A stretch of 64,000 bases of DNA from the NCBI RefSeq assembly GCF_009914755.1, contig NC_060931.1; one strand, 5' to 3'. The DNA is from the human T2T-CHM13v2.0 reference genome, Homo sapiens. Below, one piece after another: positions 43,541 through 56,900 of this stretch. A program made the position numbers and the translations under genes. The notes beneath the pieces are model-generated. The model saw only the letters and a list, made by a program, of their open reading frames with translations, searched no databases and was not told where the DNA came from. How positions within the stretch are numbered: the stretch's first letter is position 1; each line of letters starts with the position of its first letter.

Positions 43541-43586
43541 CTGGAAAATTGATAACTGAGTACAAGGTAGAACTTCATATTCACAG

Positions 43587-43748
43587 CAATCCAACCCACA
43601 GAGTGAACTGATAGGCACAATGGATGTCAATGGAGCTATAGCTTTCACTTTTACTGATTGAATCCATATTGATGTATGACTGAGACTGGATGAGAAGACA
43701 ATTAAGAAGTATGTTATTATCACAAATGAAACCTTGCATCTCTTTCAG
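43587..43748 (+). pseudogene. Fossil exon QSNPQSELIGTMDVNGAIAFTFTD*IHIDV*LRLDEKTIKKYVIITNETLHLFQ, PH-like
   Basis: 54 codons with two TGA. Acceptor ttcatattcacag; donor appears mutated (CAG|ataact). Phase 0-0. Confidence 0.55.
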
Positions 43749-43854
43749 ATAACTTTGTGATAAGACCTTCTGCTCCCCAATGTATCACAATGCAGAATAA
43801 AATACAAACTTAGTCAAATATGAATTCTTCTGAAAAGAAAAACCTGTTGATACA

Positions 43855-44275
43855 TGTGTAAAATTCTGTCCCCCCAACCCTAAATTCATATTCACTGGGA
43901 ATCTCAGAATGTGGTCATATTTGAAAATAGGGTCTTTGCAACTGTAGTTAGTTAATAAGAAGCCATACTAGATTAGTGTGAGCTCTAAATTCAGTGACTG
44001 GTGTCCTTATGCAAAGAGGAATGGACACCAAGAAACACAGGGAGGAAGGAGGTAAGAAGGCAGGCAGATCAGAGAGATGCAAGTGCAAGCCAAGAAATGC
44101 CAAAAACCACCAGCAAGCACCAGAAGCTAGGAAGAGGCAAGGGACGGTACTTCCCTAGCGCCCACAGAGGGAGCATGGCCCTGCTGACACCTTGATTCAC
44201 AATTCCTGCCTCCAGAAATGTGACAGAATAAATATGTGTTGTATTAAGTCAGCCAGTTTTTGGTAATTTACATGC
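43855..44275 (+). mobile_element. MLT1B/C solo LTR
   Basis: atttgaaaatagggtctttgca...gagcatggccctgctgacaccttgat. Confidence 0.9.
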
Positions 44276-44393
44276 AATTAATATGTTTAATATTTAGAGG
44301 TTCAGAATTTCAAGTTGATAAAATATAACCGTTTCTATAAAAATTGGGCATTGGGCCATTTTTTAAAAGGAAAATCAAATCAACTTATTTCAG

Positions 44394-44535
44394 CTTCAAG
44401 TTGTAGTCCCAAACTATCTAGTCCATCACTACGTTGTGTTAGGACTGTTTGCAGGAAGTTGTGATCTGTCCTTTCGAGCAGACAGCCACGCTGACTATGA
44501 AGGGATGTGTTCTCAGTGAGAATGGCTTGGGGAAG
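44394..44535 (+). pseudogene. Fossil exon LQVVVPNYLVHHYVVLGLFAGSCDLSFRADSHADYEGMCSQ*EWLGE, PH C-terminal half-like
   Basis: Acceptor caacttatttcag, donor AAG|gtcaat. LSFRADSxxDY resembles the PH yxFxAxSxxE motif. One stop. Confidence 0.55.
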
Positions 44536-44855
44536 GTCAATTCTCATTATTCCTCCTGCTCTACTGTCTTAGCCCTTCCCAGTTGCCTACTATGTCACCC
44601 GACTGCCTCCTTCATATTCTTTGTAATTGTCCATATGAAGCAACTGAGAAGGTTGCTTTCCTTCTAATACCTTCCTGAGAGTTCACATCACTATTTCCAT
44701 GTGTCCTGGAGAGATGTCACATTAAACATAGACTCTATTCTATGCTCTTAAAATAGTTCTATCTTTTACAAAAGAAAATAAGCTATAAACTGAATTCTGA
44801 ATGGTCAGAATATTCACAGAGAATGGAATACTCATATTATTTTAGAATGAGAGGA

Positions 44856-45190
44856 TGTGTGTTAGTCTGTTTTCACACTGCTGATAAAGACATACCCAAG
44901 ACTGGGCAATTTACAAAAGAAAAAGGTTTATTGATTGGACTTACAGTTCCACACAGCTGGGGGGCCCTCACAATCATGGTGGAAGGCAAGGAGAAGCAAG
45001 CCACATCTTACGTGGTGGCAGCAGGCAAAGAGAGATCTTGTGCAGGGAAATTCCTATTTTTAAAACCATCAGATCTTATAAGACCCATTCACTATCATGA
45101 GAACAGGATGGTAAAGACCTGCCCCTATGATTCAATCATCTCCCACCAGGTCCCTCGCATAACACATGGGAATTATGGGAACTACAGGAG
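44856..45190 (-). mobile_element. THE1 LTR, truncated
   Basis: tgtgttagtctgttttcacactgctgataaagacatacccaagactggg. Confidence 0.92.
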
Positions 45191-46533
45191 GATATATATG
45201 GATTGAATCATAATGATATTGAAATCCTTTTTGCTTTTCAAGAATATTTATTAAGAAGTAAAAATTTTAGCCACATCAAACATAATGCAAATAATTATTC
45301 CCAGATTTCAACCAATTTGCTAAATGGCACACTGGCAGGAATTAAGGAATTCATCCTGATTCTTCTGTTGGTTCTTTTCACTTTTGGGGTTTCCTTTCTG
45401 GAATAAGAGTACAATCTTTTTTTTTTCCTGCCTTGAGGAACTTTAGGAGATTTCAGAAGATAAATGCTCTTTAAATTCAACGTGGCACAAAAGGTTACTG
45501 GGAAGAAAAAACACGTTTGCCAATTTGGACTTCCACCAAATGTTATAATTGGTATCAGAAGATGTGCAAGAATGGACTCATTTTGTAGTAGAATTTAGAT
45601 GTGACTCATTTTAGTCATGGAACCAATTTTATAATGTATAAGCTAGATATAGGTAAAAATAAAAGAGCAAAAGGAAATATTCTTCTGTAGCATTGCAGAA
45701 CCCATACATGGACATTCCCTTGACTCTTTTCCTGTGGTTACAGCAGACATCTTTGCCATGCAGATAGAGTTGTTTCCTTTTGCAGACAAATGGGTTTCCT
45801 GATATCACTTTGCCAGGAAGTCAATTTTCCTCACCAGCCATAGGTTTTGTTTCAATTTTTGTTTCTTGTTTTTCTGAGCAAGATGACCACACCTGTTATT
45901 TAGAGAGGAGATAAAGAAAGATGCCATCAGTGAAGTCAGTGGATCAATTGGGCATGCAGTAGACCATTGTAACCTGTTAATTCTCCTTAGGAGCAGATGG
46001 CTCTAACAGATGCTATCTTAAAGTGAAGTGGGCAAAATGAAGTGAGGAATATAAATGAACAGAGGCACATAATGGCACAGTAGAGAAATTACAGTATATA
46101 GAGCATACTGAAAAGTAATGACCAGAAGCATAGGAATTGAATCAAAAGAGGTAAGTGTTACAGAAACAGAGAAAAAAAGAATTTCAAGAAGAGTGATTAG
46201 CAGTTATTTATTCCAGAGACATTGTATAATAGGGCCTAAAGTTTTCCTGTGGGATCTGGTAATATGGGCTATTTTTGACACAGTATAAAATAATAACTAG
46301 TGTTGTTATTGAGAGGACTAGTGTTGTTATGAGACAGCATGGGTAGTTTGCATTGAGCTAAGGAGTGAATGAGCCATGAGAAAGTGCAGAGTGAGTGCCA
46401 ATTTCTCATTTAATAAATTTGCTGTGAAGGGAAGAATAGAGCCGTGATAGTATATAGATAATTAAGCTGTAGCCTTTGGCCTCTAGGACTTACAGTATAC
46501 AAGAGGGAAACAAAAACATATTCAGTTATTAAA

Positions 46534-46842
46534 TATGGTTGGCCCCCCGTATCTGTGGGTTCTGCATCTAAGAATTCAATCAACCATGGATTGAAAATAT
46601 TGGGGGAACAAAGCAATAAAATTAATACAAACAGAAAATACAGTATAACAACTATTTGCATAGCATTTACATTGCATTAGGTATTATAAGTAATTTAGAG
46701 TTGTTTTAAAGTATACCAGAGGATATGTGCAGATACATGCAAATAATATACCATTTTATATGAAGAACTTGAGCATCTGCAGATTTTGGTGCGCGTGAGG
46801 AGTCTTAAAACCAATTCCTTGTGAATTCCAAGAGATGACTTC
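46534..46842. mobile_element. MER2 (Tigger) MITE
   Basis: gttggccccc..tatctgtgggttctgcatc...ttgagcatctgcagattttggt. Confidence 0.85.
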
Positions 46843-47190
46843 AGAGTGTAGTGAATGCTAGGGTAAAGGCAGCCTTAGGTTCTTTGAGAATACAGAAGAG
46901 AGACACTTAATTTTTTTGAAAGGGAAGCCCTAGTGGTCAAGAAAAGCCTTACAAGCTTAATAAAGAGACTGGATGGGTACAGCTTTAGTTTCTCTGCATA
47001 ATACTGTTCTAGACAAGTTGTTTTCTTGTGGCAAGGTAGATTGACAGATTAATCTGAGTATTTTTCTCAACTTTTTATCTCTCTTATCATTTTCTTTTCC
47101 CACTCTCACCTAGCACAACACACACTGAAATGGAAGCAAAGATGAAGGAAAATTGCCAAGTTAAGTATGACATAATAATTATTTTCTTAG

Positions 47191-47240
47191 ATGCCTTCTT
47201 TCAGAGCTGGTTTTTGGATACTACAGAGTAGTGGCCTGAG
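47191..47240 (+). pseudogene. Fossil exon MPSFRAGFWILQSSGL(R); may start at the upstream acceptor ending 47113
   Basis: Acceptor attattttcttag, strong donor GAG|gtaaga. 50 nt, open, phase 0-2. Confidence 0.55.
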
Positions 47241-47370
47241 GTAAGATGAAGCATAATGCTAAGTAGGAACAGATTTTTAAATTGGCAGGAAAAGATAGTT
47301 TAGAGAAAAAAGAGAAATATTTTTGTTAATTAATAGTAGTATTGGTTTTAATACTGTTGTTTTATTGCAG

Positions 47371-47447
47371 AGAATCAGGCTGAAAAGTTAGAAGGGACTC
47401 AGATGATGAGCTGGACTCAAACATGAATATTCCTTATCATAACTCAT
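47371..47447 (+). pseudogene. Candidate fossil exon ESG*KVRRDSDDELDSNMNIPYHNS
   Basis: Strong acceptor gttgttttattgcag, 130 nt after the previous donor. Weak donor. Confidence 0.4.
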
Positions 47448-47799
47448 GTACAACTGTTTTTTTTTTTTAGCATTCCTGAGTACTTATAAATCTCCCTATA
47501 CATTGCAAGAGAAATGGAACATAAATGCTTTGTAAATTGAATAAGATGGAAGTAAACTTAATCAAAGAGAATATCTCTACAGGCTGGGGCAGGAGTGCGT
47601 CAATCACTGCAAATCGAAACCTCAATGCCTTCATCTATGAATGGCTAGTAATAATATTACCTACCATAGTGTCACTGAGAATGTTAGATGACATACCACT
47701 TTAATACATCTGCCTAGAGGAGAAATGGATGTATTCTACCTGAAAAGAAATATTATTTATCTGGATGCTCTTCAGTTTTTAAATATAACAGTTCCAGTA

Positions 47800-49900
47800 T
47801 TTAGTAAAAATAAATACTAGGTATATAAGAAACATGACTATATAACTGAACAAGAGAAAAATCAGACAATAGAACCAGACACATAAATGACCCTCATTTT
47901 GGAATTAGCCAACCAGGACTTTAGAAGGAGTATAATTTATATTTTCAAAAAAAGGGAAGAGATAGCTTAATAGATAAAGAATTTCAATAAAAATGAATGT
48001 ATTAGAGAATCAAATAAAAATTATATAGATGAAAATGCAATATCTGTTATTAGGAATTTAGCAGAATTTAAATTAGGGGACTAGAATGCAGGCTGATAGA
48101 GAATATCTGACTTGTAGTTTAGAAGTGATAAAAAAGATGAGAGATAAAGAATACAGCAAAAGTGATATAAAATACAGTGAAAAGTTATGGAAATAAGCAG
48201 AACAATGAGGCTTCCCCAGGATGTCCATATCCTATTCTCTAAAACCTGTGAATGTGTTATCTTACATGGCAAAAAATACTGAAGATGTGACTTAATTAAA
48301 GATTTGGGGATAGAGAGAATATCCTGGATTTTGTGGGTGAACCTGATGTAATCACAGGGTCTCTTGTAAGGAAAAGAAGAAAGCAGAAAAGTAAAAAGTT
48401 AGAGACAGAGATGTGAAGATGAATGCAATTTCTGGCTTGGAAGATAAAAAGAGAGCCATCAGCTAAAGAATGCAGCCAGCCTCTAGAAACTGGAACGGGA
48501 AAGTTAAATGATTCTTTCCTAGAGCCTCCAGAAGGGATATAGCTCTGCTGACATCTTGATTTGAGCCCATAAAACTCGTTTTGGACTTCTGATCTCTAGA
48601 ACTATTAACATAAGATAACAAATTTGTGTTGTTTTAAGATACTATGTTTGTGATAATTTGATAATTATCTTAATTTTATCTTAATCTGACAAATATTGAT
48701 TATAGAAAACCCATAGCAAATATTCAATTATAACTTATTGAACACTTACATATTAGGAATAAAACAAGGTTATCTGCTATATTGACTTTTAGTTCACATT
48801 TACTCAGGTAGTAAATAGTACAATAAAGCAATAAAAACTAAAGAAAAATGCCAATCTCTAATTTTTTACAAATAATATAATATGTACAATGAAAAATTTG
48901 GAAGAAAGCTTAGAAAGATACAATGACTGTGTGGATAAGCAAAGGTTTTTTCCAAACAAAACAAAATTTACTAAACATAAAGGAAATTATTAATACATTC
49001 GACTACATTAAAATCAATAATTTCTGTTAATCAAAAGAGATCATTAAAAGTATGAAAAGGCAGGTCACAGAATTGAGAAAAAAACTGCAAAACAATAACT
49101 TTCAAAGGACTCAAATCATTCTAGATATATATCTAGAATATATAAAAACTTCTTAGAAACATATAAGAGTAGATTACCAAATAAAAAGAGCATTGGACAA
49201 AAGACTTGAGACATTTTCACAAAACAAGATGCCCAGACCATCAATAAACATTTGAAGGGGGCTCAACTTTGTTAGTTATCAGAGATACACAAATTAAAAT
49301 GCAATGCAATACAACTTCACAGCCACTACATTGGCTATAATGAAGTGAATTGTTGGTAAGGTTGTGGAAAAATTGGAACATTACATATCACCAGTGAGAC
49401 TGCAAATTGTACAATCTCTTTGGAAAACACATTGGCAGTAACTGCTGTAACAGTATATATGGAAACCCTATGACCAGATATTCTATTTCTAAATATATCC
49501 CCCAAAGAACTGCATATATACATATATGATAATCAAAAGACATCCATAGTAAAATTTATGTAGAAAACGTATAATAGTCCCAAACTGGAAAAAACCTAAA
49601 TGTTTATCAGTAGCATAACAGATAATACTAAACTTCATTGATAATAAATAAAATAAAACTACACACAAAATAATGAATAATTTTCACAAGCACAGTTTAA
49701 AATACATATTGTATCATTGTACTTATTTGAAGCTCAAAAATAGTCAAAGCTTATCCTTGCTGTTTTAAACCTCAACAATGGTTTCCCATGATTTGTTTCT
49801 TGTTAAGTTTTGGTTAAAATGGCATGTTTACTTTGTGAATTCATACAGACCCAAACTTATAAACTGTCTATTTTTCTTTGGTGTTAAATTGTAAATAATT
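47800..49900 (+). mobile_element. Old L1M fragments with nested MLT1 LTR (about 48195-48665)
   Basis: L1 ORF1 and 3' motifs; MLT1 motifs cctgtgaatgtgttatcttacatggcaaa...cctagagcctccagaagg. Confidence 0.8.
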
Positions 49901-50025
49901 ATAAAATATATATTTAATTTTACACTAAACATTTTAGTAGTCTAAATGTCAATATTGCCATTATGGTTAATGCTTTTGATTGTAGGTCCTGTGAAGAGCA
50001 AAATAATCAAAAGTTTCTTTTACCG

Positions 50026-53000
50026 TTTTTTTTTCATCTTCAACTTTTATTTTAAGTTCCAGGGTACATGGGCAGGATATGCAGGTTTGTTACACAGGTA
50101 AACATGTGTCATGGTGGTCAGCCGCACAGATCAACCCATCACCTAGATACTAAGCCCAACATCCATTAGCTATTCTTCCTGATGCTTTCCCTCCTCCTGC
50201 CCCTGCCAACAGGCCCCAGAGTGTGTTGTTCCCCTCCATGTGTCTATGTGTTCTCATTGTTCAGCTCCCAGTTATAACTGAGAACATGTGCTGTTTGGTT
50301 TTCTGTTCCCGCATTAGTTTGCTGAGGATAGTGGCTTCCAGCTCCATCATGTCAATGCAAAGAACATGATCGTGTTCCTTTTTATGGCTTCATAGTATTC
50401 CATGGTGTTTATGTATCATATTTTCTTTATCCAGTCTATCATTGATGGGCTTCTGTGTTGATTTCTTATCTTTGCTATTGTGAATAGTGCTGCAATTAAC
50501 ACACACGTGCATGTATCTTTATAATAGAATGATTTATATTTCTTTGGTATATACCCAGTAATGGATTGCTGGGTCAAATGGTATTTCTGCTTCTAAATCT
50601 TTGAGGATCTTCTACAGTGGTTTAACTAATTTACATTTCCACCAACAGTGTAAAAGCATTCCCTTTTCTCCGCATCCCCACCAGCATCTGTTGTTTCTCA
50701 ACTAATTGCCATTCTGACTGGCATGAGAGGGTATCTCATTGTGGTTCTGATTTGCATTTCACTAATGATCAGTGTTGTTGAGCTTTCTTTCATATGTTTG
50801 TTGGCCACATGAATGCCTTCTTTTGAGAAGTGTCTGTTAATGTCTTTTGCCCACTTTTTAATAGGGTTTTTTTTTTCCTGTTAATTTGTTTAAGTTCCTT
50901 GTAGACTCTGGATATTTGACTTTGTCAGATGGAGCAAAAATTTTCTCCCATTCTGTAGGTTGTCTCTTCACTCTGCACGGTTTCTTTTGCTGTGCAGAGG
51001 ATCTTGAGTTTAATTAGATGCCATTTGTCAATTTTTGCTTTTTTTTTGCAATTGCTTTTGGCATTTTCATCATGAAGTCTTTGCCCATGCCTATGTCCTG
51101 AATGGTATTGCCTGGATTTTCTTCTAGAGTTTTTAAAGTTCTGGGTTTTACATTCAAGTCTTTAATCCAACTTGAGTTAATTTTTGTATAAGGGTTAAGG
51201 AAAGGGTCCAGTTTCAATTTTCTGCATATGGCTAGCCAGTTCTCCCAGACCCATTTGTTAAGTAGGTAATCCTTTCCCCATTGCTTGTTTTTGTCAGGCT
51301 TGTTAAAGATCAGATGGTTGTAGGTGTATGGTCTTATTTCTGAGTTCTCTATTCTGTTCCATTGGTCTATGTGTCTTACCAGAACCATGTATTTTGGTCA
51401 TTGTAGACCTGCAGTATAGTTTGAAGTCAGGTAGCATAATAGCTCCAGCTTTATTCTTTTTGCTTAGGGTTGTCTTGGCTATTTGGGCTCCTGTTTGGTT
51501 CCATGTGAATTTTAAAATATTTTTTTCTTATTCTGTGAAGAATGTTAATGGTAGTTTAATGGGAATACCATTGAATCTATGAATTACTATGGACAGTATG
51601 GCCATTTTCACAATATTGATTCTTTCTATCCATGAGCATGAAATGTTTTCCCATTTGTGTCTACTCTGATTTTCCTGAGCAGTGGTTTGTAGTTCTCCTT
51701 GAAGAGGTCCTTCATTTCCCTTGTTAGCTGTATTCCTAGGTATTTTATTCTCTTTGTAGCAGTTGTGAATGGGAGTTCATTCATTATTTGTCTCTCTGTT
51801 TGCCTATTGTGCAAGTTGATTTTGTATCCTGAGACTTCACCAAAGTTGCTTATCAGCTTAAGAAGATTTGGGGCTGACACAATAGGTTTTTCTAGATATA
51901 GAATTATATTATCTGCTAATAAAGATAATTTTACTTCCTTTCTTCTTATTTGGAAGCCTTTTCTTTTTTCTCTTGCCTGATTGCCCTGGTCAGAACTTCC
52001 AACACTATGTTGAACAGCAGTGGTGAGAGAGGGCATCCTCGTCTTGTGCCGGTTTTCAAGGGGAATGCTTCCAGCTTTTGCTGATACAGTATGATATTGG
52101 CTGTGGGTTTGTCATATATGGCTCTTATTATTTTGAAGCATGTTCCTTCAAAACCTAGTTTACTGAGAGTTTTTTTTTTAACATAAAGGGATGTTGAATT
52201 ATATTCAAAGGCCTTTCTGCATCTTTTGAGAGAATCGTGTGGTTTTTGTCTTTAGTTCAGATTATGTTATGAATTACATGTTTTGATTTGTGTGTGTTGA
52301 ACCAACCTTGCATCTCGGGCATGAAAGCAACTTGATCTTGGCAGATATTCTTTTTGATGTGCTGCTGGATTCAGTTTGCCAGTATTTAAATGAGGATTTT
52401 TGCATCGATGTTCATCAAGATTATTGGCCAGAAGTTTTCTTTTTTGTTGTTGTATCTCTGCCAGGTTTTTGTATCAGGATGATGCTGTCCTCATAAAACC
52501 AGTTAGGGAGAAGTCCCTTAATTTTAAGTGTTAAGAATAGTTTCAGAAGAAATGGTACCAGCTCCTCCTTGTTCCTCTGATAGAATTAAGCTGTAAATCA
52601 GTCCAGTCTTCAGCTTTTTTTGGTTGGTAGGCTACTTATTACTGCCTCAATTTTATAACTCATTCTTGGTCTATTAAGGGATTTAGCTTCTTCCTGATTC
52701 AGTCTTGGGAGGGTGTATGTATACAGGAATTTATCCATTTTTTCTAGATTTTTTTTTAGTTTATTTGCATAGAGGTGTTTATAGTATTCTCTAACGGTTG
52801 TTATATCTGTGGGTTCATTGGTGATAGTCCCCTTATTATTTCTGATTGTATTTGTTTCTTCTCTCTTTTCTCCTTTATTTGTCTAGCTAATAGTCTATTT
52901 TATTAATTTTTTCAAAAACTCCTCTCCTGGATTCACTGAGTTTTTGAAGGGTTTGTTGTGTCTCTATCTCCTTCAGTTCCACTCTGATCTTAGTTCTCTA

Positions 53001-54445
53001 GTTATTTAAGTTGTCATGTTAGGTTGTCGATTTGAGATCTTTCTACCTTTGATCTTTGAGGTTGCTAACCTTTGGATGGGGTTTTTGTGGAATCTTTGTT
53101 GTTGTTGTGTTTTCTGTTTATTTTGTTTTAACAGTCAGGCCCCTCTTCTGTAGGGCTGCTGCAGTTTGCTGGGGGTCTGCTCCAGACCCTAATTGCCTGG
53201 GTCCCTCCTGCACCTGGAGGTATCACCAGTGGAGGCTGAAAAACAGCAAAGATGGCAGTCTGCTCCTTCTTCTGGAAGCTCTGTCCCAGAGGGGCATTGA
53301 CTTGATGCCGGCCTGAACGAGGTGTAGGAGGTGTCTGGAGGGGGTGTCTGGAGGAGGTGTCTGGAGACCTGTAGGAGGTGTCTGGAGACTCTGTTGGGTG
53401 GTCTCACCCAGTCCGGAAGAATAGGATTAGGGGCCTGTTTAAAGAAAGAGTCTGGGTACCCCCTGGCAAAGTGGGTGCACTGTGCTGTGGGGAACCCTCC
53501 CTGTCCAGACCCCCAGACTCTCCAGAGCCAGCAGGCAGGTAAGGCTGAGTTGACTGAACCACAGAGACCATGGCTGTCCCTCCCCTGAGGGTCTCCGTCT
53601 CAGGGAGATTAGAGTTCTATTTGTAAAACTCTGGCTGGAGTTGCTGAAATTCCTGCAGGGAGGCCCTGCCCAGTGAGGATAGATAGTTTGCTGTCCCATT
53701 TAAATAGGCAATCTGGCCACAATCTGCCACAGCAGCTGTGCTGTGCAGTGGGGAATTTCTTCCAGTCCAAACCAGCCAGAATCCCCAGAGCCAGCAGACC
53801 AGGACAGCCAACTGGAGCCACAGAGATAGTGGCCTCCCTTCCGCCCAGGAATTTGGTCATCTCAGGCATCTCCAGCCTGCTGCTGATGGCTGTCTGGAAT
53901 TCCAAGCCTGTGGGCCTTAACTTACGAGGTGTTGTAGGAGTGGGGCCTGCAGAATGATGCCACTTGGCTCCCTGGCTTCAGCCCCCTTCGTAGGGGAATG
54001 GATGGATCTCCTGCCTCATTGAATTCCCTTGGCTCCCTGGCTTCAGCCACGTTCCGTGTGTCTTTGTGCATGCCTGAGCTGCCACCAAGAGTTTGAATAG
54101 CTCTGTGTTTCGGACCCAAGGCCCTGGTGACGTGGGCTCACAAGGGGATCTCCTGATCTGCAGGTTACAAAGATCCATCGGAAAAGCATGGTTTCCTCGC
54201 ATGATCACTCACTGCCTCCCTTGGCTTGGGGTGGGAGCTCCCATTGCTCCATGCGGCTCCTGGGTGGGCTGTTGTCCCACCCTGCTTTTCCTTGCTTTCT
54301 GTGGGTCATGCCAACCACCTAATCAGTTCCAATGTGAGAATATGGATACCTCAGTTGAAGGTGTAGAATTCAATTGCTATTTTCCTTTTTCTCTGTGAGA
54401 GCTGCAGGCTGTATTTGCTTCTAATTGGCCATCTTGGCCTGTCCT
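50026..54445 (-). mobile_element. L1PA (older primate, PA13-16-like) with 5'UTR, ORF2 and 3'UTR; ORF1 region deleted
   Basis: ORFs 51014-51388 and 51626-52036 are L1 ORF2 pieces ([14 protein letters not shown]). The GC-rich 5'UTR at 53050-54445 ends ggccatcttgg. Confidence 0.93.
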
Positions 54446-54534
54446 ACTTAATCTCTTTTATTCTTGATTTTATATTTAGCAATTTTATTTGTTTTAAATT
54501 TCTTGTACTGGTACCCCAAAACAAAAAAATTTAG

Positions 54535-54686
54535 TATTAAAATGACATTTATGCAACAAATTTTCCTTTAATTTCATTATTGTTAACACTGAACTCTAAT
54601 AACTCAAATAATATGAAAGCCTGGCATGTCAAAACACAAGAAAATTTCAAAACAAAAGGAAACATGGTCTCATGAATAAAAGAATT
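54535..54686 (+). pseudogene. Candidate fossil exon ...[35 protein letters not shown] helix-like; start uncertain
   Basis: Donor ATT|gtaagt. Motif resembles the PH C-terminal helix Trp. Acceptor unclear. Confidence 0.3.
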
Positions 54687-54695
54687 GTAAGTATA

Positions 54696-54994
54696 GGTCG
54701 GGCACAGTGGCTCATGCCTGTAATCCCAGCACTTTGGGAGGCCGAGGCAGGCAGATCATGAGCTCAGGAGATTGAGACCATCCTACACGGTGAAACCCTG
54801 TCTCTACTAAAAAATAGAAAAAAAATTAGCCAGGCGTGGTGGCGGGCACCTGTAGTCCTAGCTCCTAGGGAGGCTGAGTCAAGCAGGAGAATGGTGTGAA
54901 ACCAGGAGGCGAAGCTTGCAGTGAGCTGAGATTGCGCCACTGCACTCCAGCCTGCGTGACAGAGTGAGACTCTGTCTCAAAAAAAAAAAAAAAA
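54696..54994 (+). mobile_element. Alu (AluY/Sc-like), full length
   Basis: TSD aaaagaattgtaagtata on both sides. Confidence 0.96.
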
Positions 54995-55809
54995 GAATTG
55001 TAAGTATAGCTGCTGAGAAATGGTAATATGTACATGCTACCAAGATGAATATGCAGTTTTGTACGGAAAATAATCAAGAGTTTCACTTAGCCTCAATAAT
55101 TTCTAGCTGATTGAGTTGTATTGTGAATTCAGATGATGCATGCCATTTTACCTTATATCATAAACATTATGTACATGTTTCTGTTTCTTTACTAGAATAT
55201 ATATCCAGAGAAACTGCCCACTTCCAAACTTTCAGGGATGCTGGATACAATTGAACATTCTTTTAAATTGTAGGCTTAATTTCAGTAAGTGAATGAAAAA
55301 TCTGTTGGCAACAAATACCAAGAGTGAGCTGCAGTGATACGCTAACTTGGGAGCATGATTCCCTCAATATTTGTTATCTCTTTGACTTAGAGACTGAGAT
55401 CTTATAGCAGCCTCTAGGTAAACATGGAAGTGGAATGGATTAGGTGTGGGTGCAATTAGGACTCCTTGGGCTTTCCCAGCATAGAGAATTGTATCCTTAA
55501 AGCTCCAGTCTTCACATCTTTAGTAAAATAGGACTAGAAAAAAAAAATCTGCCAACCTATCAAAAGAAAAACAAAACAAAACAAAACTGGAAGTGATCTA
55601 ATTCAGCTTGGGCGCCAGGAGGTTTTGTTTGTTTGTTGTTTGTTTGTTTGTTTTTGTTTTTTTTTGGTGTGTGTGACTCCTCTCAGAAAATCTAACCACA
55701 TCCCTGACACACTGCAAGTTTAAAGTTCAAATTTACATTACCCTTGTGTTCTGGCAAATTACAGCCTGGTAAATTAAACAGTCACTGATTAGTAGTACTT
55801 CAATCTAAT

Positions 55810-56900
55810 TCTTGTTAGCAAAATATGTGGAATCTACCTTCAGAATACATTTGATATAAAGCCAGTTCTCACAATCTCTCCCAATACCATTCTACTCTTA
55901 GCACCATAATCTCTCCTCTAGATCACTGTTGTTGCTGCATACAAGTTTCTTTGAACTTGATTCGTTTATTTATTCTCAACAAAGACAGATGGTGCCACTC
56001 ATCTGCTCGAAACTCAGTGTTTTCCTATCTCATACAGAATAAACTCCCAGACCTTAACCATGGTCTTCTAGGCACCTTGCCCAGGCTCCTCCAGATCTGA
56101 TCCCCTGCTGCTTTTCTGATCCCATTTCTTTCCAGGCTTCCCCTCCTTCACTTCTGTACCATGCACACTGACATATGCTGTTCTTGGGAAACGCCAGGCA
56201 AGTTCCTACCTCATAACTTTTGACTAGTCCTTTTGCCTGGAACACTCTTCCTCAGTAATTCTTATGATTATCTTTCTCTTCTTCAGATCTCTGCTCAATT
56301 AGCATCTGTTTTAGGTTGAACTATGCACACCCCCATTCATATGTTGAAGTCTTAACCCCCCGTATCTAAGCATTTGATCTTATTTGGAAATTGGGTTGTT
56401 GCAGATGTAGTTATGTTCCAATGAAATCATTAGGGTGGGCCCTAATCCAATGTAACTGGTGTCCTTACATAGAAAGGGGAGGCTTGGAAGACAAACATTC
56501 AGGGGAAATGCCAAATGAATAGAAAGACAGCCATCTGCAAGTTAAGGATAGATTCCTGAAACAGATCCTTCTTTCACAGTCCTTAGAAGGTAACAACCCT
56601 GCTGACACCTTCATCTTGGATTTCCAAGGTCCAGAACTGTGAGACAATACTTTTCTCTTGTTTGAGCTACCTAGTTTGTAGAACTCTGTTACAACATCCC
56701 TAGGAAATGAATACATCCTCTAATGAAAGAGGACTTCCCTCAGCACTTGATATTAATTAAAACTATGACTCTATTACTCTCTCTCTTGTTTTTTGAATTA
56801 TTTATTCTTGGCATCTGTTTCTGTCTCCTTATCACAAAAATGGAAGCTCCCAAGTGGGAAACTTTGCCTGCATTATCTGTTATTATTAACAATTGTGCAT
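55810..56900 (+). mobile_element. L2 with nested MLT1A-type LTR (about 56307-56715)
   Basis: L2 motifs (cttttgcctggaacactcttcc); MLT1A motifs atgttgaagtcttaaccccc...ccagaactgtgagacaat. Confidence 0.8.

Noticed and set aside
51014-52036. 124-aa and 136-aa ORFs with reverse-transcriptase-like sequence
   Set aside because: Frameshifted L1 ORF2 remnants.
53056-54398. GC-richer region with many overlapping ORFs
   Set aside because: L1 5'UTR, CpG-depleted; not a CpG island or gene.
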